A stretch of 64,000 nt of DNA from Mobula hypostoma. Its lineage: Eukaryota. The DNA lies in assembly GCF_963921235.1 (NCBI RefSeq), contig NC_086097.1, forward strand, positions 214,212,001 through 214,276,000, given 5' to 3'. The notes under the pieces are model-generated. The model was not told where the DNA came from, ran no database searches, and saw only the letters and a list, made by a program, of their open reading frames with translations. Below, piece after piece: positions 62,640-64,000 of the stretch (its first letter is position 1; the number at the start of each line of letters is the position of its first letter). The position numbers were made by a program, and so were the translations under genes.

Positions 62640-64000
62640 TAAACATAGAACAGTACAACACAATACAGGCCCTTCAGCCCACAATGTTGTGTATCTGCCT
62701 CCACCACTGACTCAGGCAGTGCATTCCACGCACCAACCACTCTCTGACTAAAAAATCTTCCTCTAATATCCCCCTTGAACTTCCCACCCCTTACCTTAAA
62801 GCCATGTCCTCTTGTATTGAGCAGTGGTGCCCTGGGGAAGAGGCGCTGGCTATCCACTCTATCTATTCGTCTTATTATCTTGTACACCTCAATCATGTCT
62901 CCTCTCGTCCTCCTTCTCTCCAAAGAGTAAAGCTCTAGCTGCCTTAATCTCTGATCATAATGCATACTCTCTAAACCAGGCAGCATTCTGGTAAATCTCC
63001 TCTGTACCTTTTCCAATGCTTCCACATCCTTCCTATAGTGAGGTGACCAGAACTGGACAGAGTACTCCAAGTGTGGCCTAACCAGAGTTTTATAGAGCTG
63101 CATCATTACATCGCGACTCTTAAACTCTATCCCTTGATTTATGAAAGCTAACACCCCATAAGCTTTAACTACCCTATCCACCTGTGAGGCAACTTTCAGG
63201 GATCTGTGGACATGTACCCCCAGATCCCTCTGCTCCTCCACACTACCAAATATCTTGCCATTTACTTTATACTCTGCCTTGGAGTTTATCCTTCCAAAGT
63301 GTATCACCTCACATTTCTCCGGTTTGAACTCCATCTGCCACTTCTCAGCCCACTTCTGCATCTTATCAATGTCCCTCTGCAATCTTCGACAATCCTCTAC
63401 ACTGTCTACAACACCACCAACCTTTGTGTCGTCTGCAAACTTGCCAACCCACCCTTCTACCCCCACATCCAGGTCGTTAATAAAAATCACAAAAAGTAGA
63501 GGTCCCAGAACAGATCATTATGGGACACCACCAGTCACAATCCTCCAATCTGAATGTACTCCCTCCACCACGACACTCTGCCTTCTGCAGGCAAGCCAAT
63601 TCTGAATCCACCTGGCGAAACTTCCCTGGATCCCATGCCTTCTGACTTTCTGAATAAGTCTACCATGTGGAACCTTGTCAAATGCCTTACTAAAATCCAT
63701 ATAGATCACACCCACTGCACCACCCTCATCTATATGCCTGGTCACCTCCTCAAAGAACTCTATCAGGCTTGTTAGACGCAATCTGCCCTTCACAAAGCCA
63801 TGCTGACTGTCCCTGATCAGACCAAGATTCTCTAAATGCCCAGAGATCCTATCTCTAAGAATCTTTTCCAACAGCTTTCCCACCACAGACGTAAGGCTCA
63901 CTGGTCTATAATTACCCAGACTATCCCTACCACCTTTTTTGAACAAGGGGACAACATTCGCCTCGCTCCAATCCTCCGGTACCATTCCCGTAGACAATGA
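62640..64000 (-). mobile_element. Young CR1 LINE RT and 3' end (continues beyond window)
   Basis: ORFs 62639-63490 and 63518-63997 (NYRPVSLTS, SQHGF, DFSKAFD, FADD). Confidence 0.93.

Noticed and set aside
1..64000. CRISPR arrays, rRNA or prokaryotic operons
   Set aside because: The sequence is vertebrate intronic and intergenic DNA. No regularly spaced direct repeats or rRNA-like segments were seen.

Overview
Vertebrate genomic DNA, most likely a cartilaginous fish (ray/shark; inferred from the CR1, Rex1/Babar, DeuSINE/V-SINE and Penelope repeat landscape). The only host gene I can support is the 5' end of the ASPH (aspartyl/asparaginyl beta-hydroxylase / junctate / junctin) locus on the minus strand. 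It comprises a CpG-rich P1 promoter and first coding exon (47511-47568), a junctin-type alternative first exon (16234-16249) with a MEF2-like site, the 150-nt transmembrane exon (4236-4385) and the 45-nt AKAKEFRYNFSEVLQ cassette exon (3504-3548). The gene continues off the left edge. In intron 1 I found two candidate frame-preserving microexons: 9 nt (EVK) and 21 nt (APCKSCT, a CxxC motif). The rest is mostly nested transposable elements: an intact full-length L1 with a 12-bp TSD, many decayed CR1 and Rex1/Babar LINEs, a Gypsy-type solo LTR, an RTE-derived element carrying a tRNA-SINE, hAT MITEs, and Penelope-like (Neptune) pieces. The Penelope terminal repeats carry minimal type-I hammerhead ribozymes, several arranged as TSD-flanked hairpin insertions. 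Most short ORFs in the track are TE fragments or spurious. TE boundaries are approximate unless a TSD is given.
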